Of a stretch of DNA of 64,000 nt, positions 50,901 through 63,944 are shown piece after piece. The stretch spans positions 9,424,001-9,488,000 of the forward strand of contig NW_024704760.1 in assembly GCF_018977255.1 (NCBI RefSeq), read 5' to 3'. The DNA comes from Callorhinchus milii (taxonomy: Eukaryota). The notes under the pieces were generated by a model, which was given only the letters and a program-made list of their open reading frames with translations, was not told where the DNA came from and made no database searches. Position 1 is the first letter of the stretch; every line of letters starts with the position of its first letter. The position numbers were made by a program, and so were the translations under genes.

Positions 50901-52604
50901 GTCACAACACCGCAAAACATTTCAGAGTTTTCTGTAAAGTGCAGTAACTGCATTTATTGGGGAAAGTAACAGATAGTTTATAACTATGCAATATATTCTG
51001 TGAAGTGCTTTGAGATGTCTTAACAACGTGTGCAGGCGCTATATCAAATACAAGGATTATTATTAATTATTATTTGCACGGTAACATTTATCTAGAGAAT
51101 GGATGCCTTGGAGAAATGCCCATCTCTTTTTGAATAGGATCACAAGATCTTTAGTGTGCAATTGAACAGGCAGACGGGACTTGATCTAACGTCTCAGCCA
51201 AAGGACAGCACTCTGACAGTGCAGCACTCCCCCAGCACGGCACTGGACTGTCAGCACGGACCATGAGCTCACAGCAAGGGGCACATGATCTTCTGAGCCT
51301 GAGGAGAACTTGCAAGTGAGGGACTAAGCCAGGCTATTAGAAGCCACCTGGGTTTTGACAGACGCAAAGAGAGAAAATTAAGCTTTACAGTAATCACCAA
51401 GTCAAGGTGTGATGTTTCCTGCTTATTACCACGTGTCTCACTGACAGCCGATTCCTGACGTATTGTTGGTGCAATTGGATCAGCAGCAAATCTGCAGCAG
51501 CTCTTTCTCCTCAATGGTCCTCTTGACGTGAAATTGCATTTTGGAAATGTAACTGTGGGGTCAGAGCGCTGTCAAGAATGATCATCTTACCTGAGTACAG
51601 TGAACTTCAGCGTAGAGGAGATTGGTGTCAAGTAACCAGATACTCAGAGCACAGGTAGATTTACCAGGAATGTGTCCTTTACTGAGAAGTTTGGGTCAAG
51701 GGTTGAGGGCCGCAGAGCATGGCTGAGACAGAAAGGAGAGAATTGGAGGATTTGGGTGTGAAAAAGGCTGAAAATGACTAGCAGGAGGAAGGGAAGACTG
51801 GGGGTGTAAAGAATTCCACAATGTTGAGCTACTGAGAATAGTAATTGGGTTAGACAGTCCGACTGAGCTGGATGTGGAGAGGAGGTGCAACCTACAGGGA
51901 TGCGTTGGAGCAAAAGGTCTTCCCAATGGCTTTGAATGTTTCAGCACAAACCTGAGCTGAGAGGATTGATTCCTGCTCTGCACTGAGTTCACTGAATTTA
52001 AGCCGGGCTAGCAGTTGAGAGGTTACAATAAGAAAGCTCCCATTGCTGATCAGTGTCCAGTGATTTTCCACTGGGATATGGATGCACGCACGAGCATTCG
52101 TGCACGTGTATCCCTGTGCGCGTCTGTGTGCACGCGTGTGTGTGGTGTGTATGAACGACAGGTGTAGACAGGATAGGGCTGATTTGCACTGCCGCCCAAT
52201 GTCACAATGAAAGTTCATACATGTGGAATAATGCACTCGGGAACACAGAGGGCAACCCTCGCTTATGGAACTGTAGTAAAATCAGACTGTTTAGTTTATA
52301 CATGCATACCAACGGCTTAATCCAGGGCTCTTTTGAATGGCTCCCCACTGAAACCTTGTTCAGCTCATTTTTCTTGCTGATTTCCCAGACAACCTTTTTG
52401 ACCCTGTTGAGTTCACTGGCATTCAGCAGATCAGCTGAATATTTGATGGTAATTACTATTTAATAGCTTAAAAGCCTGTGAAGACATGAAGCAGGTCATG
52501 TGTTTTAATGGGAGCAGCGTCACTCATCACCGCTTCTCTTTAACTCCACCATTCCTGAGGCAATCAAACTGTGGACAGCACTGCAGAGAGCAAGTACAGC
52601 ACAC

Positions 52605-52710
52605 AGTGTCTGTGCCCAACCCAGCTATACAGTGTCTACCCACAGCCCAGTAACACAGCATCTGTGCCCACAGCCCAGCTATACATTTTCTGCCCACAGC
52701 CAAGCAACAC
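52605..52710 (+). repeat. Short degenerate tandem repeat (about 25-nt unit, ...tgcccacagcccag...)
   Basis: Four visible units. Confidence 0.7.
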
Positions 52711-52987
52711 TAACAATAAATTACATTTGTAAAGAGCCTTTCATGTCAGGAGGACATCCTAAGGTGCTGGCAACACACAATATATGGTCAATCAAGAGAC
52801 AGATAGAGAGCTCACCCTGTCAGTCTATTGACACAAGAGATCTCAGCCCTCAGTTACACACAGAGAGAGGAGATCTCAGGCCTCAGTTGAATCTCATTGG
52901 TTCCTCCTGAGCTAGTTGCTTTAGTACAAATGGATTCAAGGCAGATGATCCTGATAGGGTCCAGTCTGGGCTCTTGTTCACCAACAA

Positions 52988-53139
52988 ACAAAAGGCAAAA
53001 TACTGCGAATGCTGGAAATCTGAAATAAAAACAGAAGTCACTGGGAAAATTCAGCAGGTCAGGCAGCATCAATGGAGAGAGGAAAGTGAGTTAACGTCTC
53101 AGGTCGATAACCTTTCGTTCTGACGAAAGTATTCAACCT
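52988..53139. mobile_element. Penelope-like element terminal remnant with inverted junction and decayed minimal hammerhead motif
   Basis: caaaatactgcgaatgctggaaatctgaaataaaaacaga...cagcaggtcaggcagcatc is a repeat I recognise from sharks; inverted junction at 53101-53139. Confidence 0.65.
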
Positions 53140-54399
53140 TTCCTGTCCCTCAGCAACCAGATAAGCGCTCCAAGATGCCATCCAGCGTGAAAGGCCCTAT
53201 ATAAATGCAAGTTGTTGTTGCTGCTATTTCCTGTTCTATACCAATCAAGCAGAGCAACACTATTTTCTGCTCCTGCAGTCGAATGAATCTGTTAAAGCTC
53301 TGGTTGCATAAGATGTGGGCTGTTAGTACCAGCACCCAGGTACCTTGTGAAAGTGTCCACCTCTCAGTCTGTCACTCAGAGGCATTGTCACTTGCTGTTG
53401 GAAAGGATGTCAAAATGGCCAACAAAAATCATTCAATGTTTTAAAAGCGTCATTCAGCCTGTGTTTGAACTAATGAAAGAATTGTGATAGTCCTTTATCA
53501 CATCAAAATAATTCAAAAGCATTTTACATGTAATTGCTCTCCAAGTGTAGTGACTGTATTTGTTCACGATTTTCCACATAGCATTGTCCTGCAAACACCC
53601 ATGAGGTGAGTGACCAATTTACTTATGTATTGTTGGTTAGGACATTGGGAGATATAACCTTCTCTTTTTGAAAAATATAACAGGATTTTAAGGTCCACCA
53701 GAAAGACAGCACCTCTGATAATGTAGTGCTTCCCCATCACTGCTCTGCAGTGTTGGCCTGAACTGTTTAATTGAGTTTTCTCACACTGTTGGGCTCAATG
53801 AATGCTCCAATTGTGTTCCAATAATTATCTCAACAAAATTAATCTTTTGTATAATTCACTTTACATTTTTATAGTGTCTGTCATGTCGTGAGGTTGTTTC
53901 AAAGTGCTCAGCACTGCTGGGCGGGAGGTAAAGAGAGTAGGGGAGGGGGAAAGGTGACTGAAACCGTGGTCAGAGGGGTAAGTCTTGAGGTGGGTTTGAA
54001 AGTATGAGGGAGGGAGGAGGCGAGCGGGAGGTTTCTCCAAAAAATATTTAAGAGAGGAGGAAAAAAAAGCTACTGAAACGCCTGATAATTCTTGCTAAGG
54101 GTTTATAGAAGTAGGTAAATTACTGGTTATTTCACTGTGTGTTTGAGGTCATTAAAGGGTGAAAGATTTTAAATTATTAATGACAGGTCTGAGCAATGAG
54201 CTTCCATTCTTTGCTCTAACCTAATAACTTCCATTCGCGGGTAAATATTTATCCTACACTTCCTTTCTACAAACTATCTCAAGGAAACAGTTTCCTTTCA
54301 GTCTGGTCTGTTTAAAAAGGAGACTGAAAAAGTGAGCTTCAGTATGGTTCCCTTTCGCACGGTCAGCTTTCCACTGTTCATCTCAGGCACGTAAAAAGA

Positions 54400-54650
54400 T
54401 TTGTGGTCCAAGTTGATGCTCCAGTGCAGGGCTGGGTCGTGTGTTGCATTGTCAGAGGTGCCGTCCTTCGGGTGAGACATTAAACCAAGGTTCCCTCTGC
54501 CTGTTCAGGTGGACATTAAAGATCCCTTAGCGCAAATGGAATCGAGAAGGGAGTTTCTCCCGGTATCCTGGCCAACAATCTCCCAAGTAAAATTGGTCAC
54601 TCACTCCATGGCTGTTTGTGTGATATTGCTATGCACTTGTTGGTTGCCTT
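54400..54650 (+). mobile_element. Deu-domain SINE, well-preserved core
   Basis: tgcattgtcagaggtgccgtccttcgggtgagacattaaaccaagg...gttcaggtggacattaaagatccc. Confidence 0.85.
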
Positions 54651-56731
54651 TGTAATTCATGTACAAAGTTCTTTTAGCTAAACTGTGATGTTCACCATGT
54701 CTCACATCCCTCGGATTGCATGGCATGTGACGGACCTCACAGACACCGACAAATAACCAAACATATCTGCATAAACATGTTCAGTGATGCCCTAACCAGA
54801 GTATTAGATTTTATTTTAAATAAAGGGAAAACTGAAACCAACTTGAACAAAATCATAAACTGAAAGGGAAAAGGGTTTCAAAGCCATGCAATGCTTATAA
54901 TGATATAACAATTCTTGCATTTGGAAGAGCGGCTTATCACATCGTCTGAATGTCTCAAAGTGCTTCACAGGATTTTACTATCAAGTGTAGTGATAGTGTG
55001 TTTGTAGGTGAACGAGGCAGACAATGTGTGCACATCAACATCCCAATGTTTGCGGTGGAGAGGTTGCTCTCATTTTCCTCCAGACCATCTCGTTCGTGCT
55101 GTCACATTGAAGCTCAGTATCTTAAGCTGGGCTGGTTCATGGTTCAGGTATAGGGCTGACACACAGATCTGCTGGGCGGGGGGGTACTTGTCCAGGCTAC
55201 AACAACACCTGGATCTATAATAATAATAAATAATTCTTGCATTTGATACAGCGCCTTATCAAGTCATTGAGACGTCTCAAAGCGCTTCACAGAATATACA
55301 TAACGTGAATTGACTGTATTTTGTGGGCGAAATGCAGCAGCCAATTGTGCACAGCAGTGTCCCACAAACAGTCGTGGGTTGAGTGACAAAATTATTAAAA
55401 TAATAAGTAGAATAATCTTCAAAGCTAATGGAGGCTTTTGTTAATACCAAGGGGTGAGAGATGCTCTGTTTTTTAATGAGTTCAAGGATAATTAGCACTT
55501 TGAATCTGCAAGAAAATGTCATATATTTCCACTCCCAAATGGGGAAGTAGATTTAAAACCAATTGTTAGTTGCACTTTCATTTCCCTCTTCAATCTTTGC
55601 TCTTTCCCAAATGACCACCTTGGTTGGGAAGCTGGGAGGATCGATCGCTCCCCCATTTCTGAGCCTATCGCTGAGCATTTCCTGGTCAGACCATACATCA
55701 CAAGAGGGCTCCTGTGTTGGGAGAAGATCTGCCTTAACACCAACCAATGGGTCATCAAAATGTTTACCTGAACGGCATGCTACAGAGGGATTTAACCAGC
55801 TTTAAATCCCATCGTAAGATTTACCTCTTCGTCTGCCCCTCTTTAAACGTTTACTGTGAAAAAAGTCATACAATTTGTTTGCTCTTGATATAGAGTTAAC
55901 CCCCACTCACCCAGAGTAATCTTTACACTGTCAATGATTAATGAAAGGTGGTCTCAAATGGACAAGTTAATGTAAGAATTTTAACAGTTCCTTGTAAGCT
56001 GCATTAAAGGAGAGATTATTTTCCTTGCAAGCAGAATATTGCTGGTGCAGTAGAATTTGGTATATCCAGCACACGATCAGCCTGGATACCCCTGGAGAAG
56101 CGCTTTGAGACTGCTCCAAATGTGAAAGGCGCTGGATCCAATGTAAAGATTATTGTCTTTAGGTCTATGGAGTGCGCTTGTTGCTGCAATTGACTGAACC
56201 AGCAGATCACGGCCAGCTACAACAACAAAATTACATTTATATAGCATCTTTCATGTTGGAAGACACCCCAGTTAAGGATTTGCACCCGGTGGGTTGGAAT
56301 CAGCTATTTTTATTTCATGTATCAAGATCTGCAGAGATCTACTGTTGGTATCTGCAAAGAGGAAAGTTGCCGTCAGATTCATTCCAATAGCAATTACCAC
56401 TACAAGAACCCTTACCGCACCACCCCACCCCACCAACATGTGGCTTGTTTGAGTGACTGGTTGCTCAGCAAAGTGACTGACTGATGCTGGTGATGGGTCG
56501 TCACTGAGTATCAAATGCTCCCCAGTGAGCTGGAGAGGGAAGCTTCCTTTCAACTTCACAAGATCACAAGATTGGATCGGATGAAGAAGACCCTTCAACC
56601 TATTTGATCTCATCTTTCCAGAACACCCATCCACCCACCGCAGCTCGTCATGTCCCAGATTGTCTGTGATGTTTACCCATTGATTCAGGTGTTTGGATGT
56701 ATGTTTAATGAGTCTTTGGCAGAGGATTTTA

Positions 56732-57547
56732 CAAGTCTGACATCAAAGCCTGGAGGAGCGCCAACTTTCTGCAGCTGAACATGGACAAGACAGAAGCCAT
56801 CCTCTTTGGCTCCCATCACTGTCTTCTCACCTGCAGCTCTGAACTCCTTAACCTCACCGACCTATCCCTCAGTCTCCCAGGTTTTATCCCTAGGTTTTAT
56901 CCCCATTTAAACTTCCTGTTCCACATCCGGTTCCTGACCAGCAATGCCTTCCTCACCTCTGCCACATCAACTGCCTTTGACCCTGTTTTACTTCAAATGC
57001 TGCTGAAACTCTCATTCGTGCTTTTGTCACTTCCCACCTCGACTATTCCAATACCCTCCTCGCCAGTCTCCCTGGCTCCAATATAAACAAGGTTGAAATG
57101 ATCTGCTGCCCGTGTCTTCACCCATACCAGGCTCTGCACCCCCATCGCACCAGCTCTTGCCAGCCTCCACTAGTTTCCTGTTGTAGAATGGATTGATTTC
57201 AAGATTCTCACTTGCACATTCAAATCTCTTCACACCCTGGCACCTCCCTACCTCTCTGACCTGCTCACTCTCACCCCCCTACCCATCACTTCCGCTCAGC
57301 CGGCTCTGGCCTTCTGCACATCCCTTGTCCTCTCTGCCTCATCACCAGCAGCCGTGCTTTCAGCCACTATCCCCCGAATCCCTCCATCTTGCACCCTCTT
57401 TGCCCATCTCTAAGCCACACCTGAAGACTTTCCTTTTTGATTGTGCCTTCGGTCCCCTCTCTTTCCAGCTAGGCATCAAACCACGTTGCTGTTGAGCGCT
57501 CTCAAAATGCTACCTGTGTAAAGGGTGCTATGTAATCCAAGTTGTTG
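56732..57547 (+). mobile_element. L2 LINE 3' fragment inserted in a locally duplicated segment
   Basis: NFLQLNMDKTEAILFGS...; (GTT)n tail; the flanks rejoin to match 58960-59075. Confidence 0.88.
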
Positions 57548-57649
57548 TTTTAAAGGGAAATGAATTGAAAATAATCCACACATTTTTTAAATGAGTCCAG
57601 GGATCTGGCCTTACCACACTTCCTGGTAACCTGTTTCGGTCATTAATAT

Positions 57650-58055
57650 GTCAGCCCGGTGGAGTTGATAGCACTCTCATCTCTGAGTCAAAGGGTCGTG
57701 GGCTCAAGCCATATGTAGGAACTCATATAGTCCAGGCTAACACTTAAATACTGGAGGGAGTGCAGCATTGTCAGAGGTGCAGTTCTTTGAATGAGACAAT
57801 AAACCAAGGTTCTGTCTGTCGAGGGCTGTTTAAGATCCTGTGACACTATTTGAAAAGAGAAGGGAGTTTCTCTCTCCCATTATCCTGTCCGACAGTCCCC
57901 CACTTAAAAATGGTCACTCACTCCATGGCTGTGCGCAAATTGGCCACTTTCACCTACAAGTGCATAGTTTCTCCACATGACAATAAAATGTGAAGCCCTT
58001 TGAAGCATCTTTGCAATAGGATTAAGATTAAGAGCTATTCAAATATTATTATTAA
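57650..58055 (+). mobile_element. Deu-domain SINE, near full length
   Basis: Head, Deu core gggagtgcagcattgtcagaggtgc, tail. Confidence 0.78.
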
Positions 58056-58301
58056 TAATAAAGTTCAGGTTTTTGCTGTAGCTGCTCAAGTACTTGTTAC
58101 ACTTTGTTGCCAATAGCAGTGGAGATTGCGCATTTCCAACCCCTCAGACTGATTGGAATTGAAGCCTATCCCCCTGGTGAATGCTAGGGTGTTTAAGCCA
58201 TCATCGTACCCCAGTGCCTCCACTAGGCCAAGTGTGGAGAGGGGGCACTAGACTGGCGCAGTGGCTCTCAGGATATGCTCACACCGCTAACAACAGGGGA
58301 A

Positions 58302-58755
58302 GCAACAACAACAACAAATTACATTTGTATAGTGCCTTCACAAGTGGTAGCGACCCGGAGTGCTTCACAGTGGCAGAGTCTGCCAACGAACCAGAGGGAG
58401 AGGGAAGGGGGAAGTGAAAGTCAAGGATTTGGACTCGAGCCGGTGGTTGGGATCAGGAGAGGTGGAGGGCAGGAGGGTGACGCAACTGTGGGATGAAGTT
58501 CCAAAGGGTGGGGGCAGAAATGCCGATAGTGGGTGGGCAGGCGGGGGACTTGGAGCACAGCAGAGCAGAGGAAGCAGACAGGTCAGTATGGAGTTAGCAA
58601 GTAACAGTAGGAGCAAAGCTGAGGAGGGCTTTGAAGGCGAGGGCGAGGATTTTGAACTCTATACTCTGGGGGATGGGGATAGAAGAACTCTAAATCTATA
58701 GTGGAGCCGGGCAAGAGGTTCACGGAGTTTGGTGCGGTAAAGGACACGAGCAAAA
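58302..58755 (-). mobile_element. L2 LINE 3' fragment
   Basis: (AAC)n tail; gctttgaaggcgagggcgaggattttgaactc (reverse of EFKILALAFKA). Confidence 0.82.
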
Positions 58756-59279
58756 CAATGAGACAGATGAAATTTACAATAAGAAGAATGGAACAAATAA
58801 ATGAAAGAAATTGCAGGCTTCAGAGCTGTCACTCATAAAATACTCTAATTGATTCTTTTAAAAGCCAGGCATTTGTTATTGAAAGCGATCTGCTGCCAGA
58901 GGAACCCTTTCTGCTGAACCAATTAAAGGATCTCTAAATTAGAGATAATTACCCTGTATTTATGTAAGATTGGCTTTAATGTTCCTCATTCTGCCCATTG
59001 ATTTGGGCTGTGTGGACGTGCGTTTGATGGTTCTCTGGCAGAGGATTTTAAAGGGAAATGACTTGAAAATATTACCCAGCTTTTATTTCTGATTTGTTAT
59101 TGTCCTCGCGGGGCCTGTAATGATATTTCCTGGCTCTGCTCCAGCGTGTCTGACTTTCTCCACTTGATGAATGCGTTTGCTGAAAGGACGAGGTTGTGTG
59201 ATTTGCGAATTGGAGCTCTTTTCGTCCACTGCATTGTTTGAGATTGTTTAAGGGCTGTTCTACTTACCCTATGATATTT

Positions 59280-59520
59280 GTAGAAATTTCAGCACCAAAG
59301 GAGGCTGTTTAACCCATTGTTGCTATGTCATGATAGATTCCCCCCTGGAGCTCTCTCATCCCATTCCTTGCTCTCTCCCCATTACATCTGCACTGGCTCG
59401 CTCCCCCACTGGAGCTCTGTACTCTAATCCCATTCCCTGCTCTTTCCCCATCGGGTTAGTGCTGGTTTTTGCTCCTCCATTTGGGCTCTCCAATCTTATT
59501 TCCCTAATCATTTGCCAGAA
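59280..59520 (-). repeat. CR1 3' UTR-like fragment internally amplified into 2-3 tandem units
   Basis: ctggagctct...atcccattcc.tgctct.tccccat repeated with a period of about 65 nt after a CR1-type tail. Confidence 0.55.
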
Positions 59521-61341
59521 CAGGAGGCAGACAGGAAAATTCAGCCTTGTGTGAGTAATCACAGCTCCAGGAATGGCTGTCTGGACTTTGCTGATGGCTC
59601 ACAGAGGCGTTTACCCAGTGAATAGCTTTGTCATCTCATGCTGTTTGTTCTTCCAGCCTCACTGGCTCTGGGCACTCGGACAGGATATGATAATTCAAGC
59701 TCCTCAGACTCACCTACAAATCCCTTCGTACTCTCACACGTCCCGACATCTCTGACCTGCTCTTACCCACTCCTCTGCCCACCTCCTTTGCACAGCTACC
59801 TCAGGCTGGCTGCACATCTCTCCCTCAATGCCACAATTGATGGCGTGCCTTCAGCCACTTCATCCCTAACCTCTGGAACTCCCTGCCTCAATCCCTCCAC
59901 CTCTTTACAGTAAACTCTGATTTACCGGACTCCGGGCACCTGTAATTCAGAGCTAGCCAGACTGGGCCTGAAATTGAATTTAAAAAAAATTCCGCGGCTC
60001 GCAGGCGTGTAGACTCCCACTGGCCACCTCACCTAGTGCTGCCCCCAACTCACCCCGACCTTCAGTGGCCAGGAAGATTCACTTTGACTCAGCAACAACC
60101 AACAATTTGCATTTATATAGCACCCTTCAAGCCGGGTGGTGTATTGGAGCACTTTACTCAGTTTGAATTCCGAGAACAGAAGGTGGATTATTCTCTATTT
60201 TCTGCTTGCGGAAATCAAACAATTACAACAACAACAACAACTTGCATTTACCCCTCACGCAGGTTAGAGTCCTGGAGCACTTTATAATGCCGCCACTGGT
60301 ATTTACCAGCATTTTGGGCACTGAAAAAAGCCAGCAACGAAGAATGGCAGTAAATAGCGGTACTGGCAATGTAATTACAATTGTGTTGCTGTTGTTGTTG
60401 TCATTTTCATTACGTAGCGTATTCTCTCTCCATTGTCTTCCCCCCCTCCACCCTTCCCTCGCCATAGGTATGATATCATAAATATGTCACAAATTTGAAT
60501 CTTTTCCAATATATTTCCATAATGACTTTATAAATCAAGCCAGACAGGAATGATTAATGAAATGAATCATTAACAAAACAGTCCAGAAACTCCTTGGAAA
60601 GTTAAACAGCAACGACCAAAGCAGTCGGTCCCAGGTCAGAATACACAGCAGCAAAGAGGTGGCTGAGGAGCTCACAATTCCATCAATACAAATCAAACAC
60701 TATTCCCCAAATAGCTTTCTTACAAACAAATACATCAATGTTTCTACACCTAGCGCAGAGTCAAGAGAGGTTTCTATCCCCAGTGCAGGGCAGAGAGATT
60801 AACACAGGATTCCATTGTTGGCTGTTGGATGATCTGCCCTGTGGAAAGGTTCCTGCTGCAGCTCACTAGGTCTCTGACCCCAGATACCCTCAAACTCCCG
60901 CCAGCTTAGCTTCTAAAGCTGCTGGGCTCCCAGGCCAGGCTCCATGCACCAGCAGGAATTTGCTGATGTTATCGGGCATGAAGCTGACTGAGCACCGGGG
61001 AGTGCAAAGGCAACAGCAGAGTGTGTGAAATATCCTCGGGCAATAGCACGGTGACTCGCTGTGTCTGGGGGGGGGGGGGGGGAGAGAGAGGGAAAGTTAC
61101 TGAAAACAGTGAGTGGCAGAATGGACCGCAATCATCTGCCTCATTCATCGTTTTCTACATTTCAGAAAAGGAGAAATGTAAAGATAGAGTGAAATCTCGG
61201 ATTACCCTGGCCAAAGCTAGAACCATAGAAATTTACAACACAGAAGAAGGCAGACCTAAAGCAATGGGGGAACTGAGAGCAAGTGAAAGTACAAGGCAGC
61301 CAATCACTATCCTCTACTCCCAACATTTGGATTTATTATTA

Positions 61342-61502
61342 CAGTAAAACGCGCATAACTCTGATCTGTATAAATCGTATAATCACCTGAATCTTCTGAA
61401 ATCCCATTGAATTTCTTCTTATTTATTTCACATAACGCATACTTTGCATAAGTCATATTAAATGTATGGTCCCAACTGATACCACTTATGTGAGGTTTAC
61501 TC
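61342..61502 (+). mobile_element. Tigger/pogo-like MITE, 161 bp
   Basis: TA|CAGTAAAACGCGCATAA...TTATGTGAGGTTTACTC|TA. Confidence 0.8.
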
Positions 61503-61869
61503 TATTGTTATTTGGATGCTCGTTCCTCAACATTACACACCATGTGTTCAGTGATCTTCTCTGAGGAGCATTGAGTTAATCCATGGCTTCTTCAGCCCTG
61601 AAAGCAAGAGTCTCCTTGAGTGTTTTCCAGAGGTCAGTAAGACACTCAAATGTGATTGTAAACAAGATCTCAGATGCATGGAAGGAGCAGGACAAGAGGC
61701 CACAGGTTCAGGGCAGAGAGGGTCCAGTTTAGGATTGACACCAGGAAGTATTTCTGAACACCGAGAATAATTTAATGATTGGAACAGGGTTACCATTCAC
61801 ATATGAGGTCAGGACACTGGACTGATTTAAGTAACGGTTTAAGCTGAATGATAACCATTTCTGGGTACT

Positions 61870-62235
61870 CATAGTCTAGGCTCTATTGTAGTGCCGGGGA
61901 GCTCTGCGTTGTGGGAGGTGCCATCCTTCAGATGAGACAATAAATTGGGGTCCCATCTGTCTGTCCAGGAGGACGTTAAAGATCCTCATAGCGTTTTTCA
62001 AAAAGAGACATAAGTTTCTCCCAGTGTCTTAACCAGAATTTTATCCCCCAGATAAAATTGATCATTTACATCATGTGTTTGTGGGAGATCATATGTTGGG
62101 CACAAATTGGCTGCTGTCTTCGTCTTCAAAATAGACAGTCACTACATTTTACATTAAATCTCATGAAGCACTTTGAGGCGTCTTGATACAAGGTTTTGTA
62201 TCAAAATCAAGGATTATTATATGATTATTATTATG
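61870..62235 (+). mobile_element. Deu-domain SINE, 5' truncated
   Basis: ggaggtgccatccttcagatgagac core and tail. Confidence 0.78.
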
Positions 62236-62497
62236 AAAGATGAGATCAAACAGGTGGAGGGCCCTTCTTCATTCCATCCTCTGTTATGATGTGGTGTTGA
62301 AATCACACTAATTTTGGCCAACTTCATCTGTGTGAGGTGCACAATCTCCATTTGGTGAGGACTGAGAGAATCTAAACTTGGTAACGTTTCCGAGGCTCCC
62401 CTGAACATTGAGCACACCCTGACTGTTCTCATTGTGTTGCTGGTGTACCCACTGAAGAGCACTGGTTTGAACCCACTCTCTGGGCTTAACTTTCTAA

Positions 62498-62688
62498 GAG
62501 TCCTGTAGGTCAGTGGTTCGAGCGCTCGCCTTGCAAGCGAGACACCTGGGTTTAATTTCCGTCAGGGTGAAACCTTGGGCAAGTTTCCTTATTCCACATA
62601 CCTGATAATAATCCCTGAAGAAAAAAAGAAAAAACAATAATAAAATTGGTCACTTCAATCCACGACTGTTTGTGGGACACTGTTGTGC
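62498..62688 (+). mobile_element. tRNA-derived SINE, 5' half (split by L2)
   Basis: Head and body up to gggacactgttgtgc. Confidence 0.9.
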
Positions 62689-63805
62689 GGACCTTAGTGG
62701 GACCGCACTCACATGGTTCGAGTCCTACTTAACCAACCACCTCCATTTCATCTCAGCAAATGGTTTGTCCTCTCTCCCCCACCTGGTCACCTGCGGGGTA
62801 CCCCACGGCTCCATCCTTAGCCCTCTTCTTTTCCTTATTTATATGCTCCCTCTGGTCGATGTCATCCACAAACACGGGGTAAACTTCCACATGTAAGCGG
62901 ATGACACATAAATCTATTTTGCCTCCTCCAGTACCAACTCCCGGTTCCCAGTGTTCTATCAGCTTGTCTGGCAGACATCAAGGCCTGGATGAGTGTAAAC
63001 TTCCTGCAGCTGAATATCGTCAAGACGGAAGCCATGCTCCTGGGCTCCCGTCAAAGTCTTCACTCCTGCGGATCTAAATCCTCAACCTCCCTGGACTTCT
63101 CCCTCAGACTCACTGAGCCAGTGCGCAACCTAGGTGTCCATTTCGACCCCCAACTGTCCTTCCTCCCCCACATCTGGTCCCTGACCAGGACCGCTTTCTT
63201 CCACCTCCGCCACATTGCTCGCCTCCAACCGTACCTTACCCCAAATGTAGCCGAAAGCTTTGTGCATGCGATTGTCATCTCCCGCTTGGATTACTCCATC
63301 GCCGGTCTCCCCAGCTCCATCATTCACAAGATCCAGCTCATTCAAAACTCTGCTGCCCGCATACTGACCCGAACCAAACTCCGTAGCCACATCTCACCAG
63401 TTCTGGCCGGCTCCACTGGCTCCCCTTCACTGAACAGATCAACTTCAAAATCCTCACCCTCGTGTTCAAATCCCTTCACTCCTTGTCACCTCCCTACCTC
63501 TCCGACCTCCTCACTCCCCACTCCAGCACCCAGTGCCTCCACTCGACTGGCACCAGCCTCTTGCTTGTCCCTTGCACCCTCCACACCACCATCAGAAGTC
63601 GTGCTTTCAGCCACTACGCCCCAAAACGCTGGAACACTCTCCCTCAATCCCTCCGCCTTGCCCCCTCTCTCCCCTCTTTCAAGTCCCGCGTGAAAACTTT
63701 CCTGTTGGACCGTGCTTACGGCCATCTCCCCAATCCCTCCGCCACTGTTAAGTGCTCGAACATGCTACCCTGCGGAGAGGGCACTATATCAGTGCAAGTT
63801 GTTGT
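62689..63805 (+). pseudogene. 5'-truncated L2 LINE, reverse transcriptase pseudogene (about 1.1 kb) with 8-bp TSD
   Basis: WFESYL, GVPHGSILSPLLFLIYM, YADD broken by a stop (atg TAA gcg gat gac), NFLQLN.KTE, SRLDY, later frameshifts; tgttgtgc at 62681-62688 and 63806-63813. Confidence 0.93.
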
Positions 63806-63944
63806 TGTTGTGCATAATTGGCTGCCATGTTTCTCCCACAAATATACAGTCAGTTCACTTTACAGTATATTCTATGAAGCGCTTTAAGACGTCTCAAAGA
63901 CGTGATAAGGCGTTATATGAAATGCAAGGATTATTATTATTATT
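63806..63944 (+). mobile_element. tRNA-derived SINE, 3' half (continuation of 62498-62688)
   Basis: Resumes at aattggctgcc and runs to the (ATT)n tail. Confidence 0.9.

Noticed and set aside
60285-60372. Imperfect inverted repeat
   Set aside because: Only about 19/28 complementary with no TSD; too weak to call.
62989-63693. Longest ORF (234 aa) as a host or domesticated gene
   Set aside because: It is L2 ORF2 sequence downstream of a stop in the YADD motif and it shifts out of frame midway.
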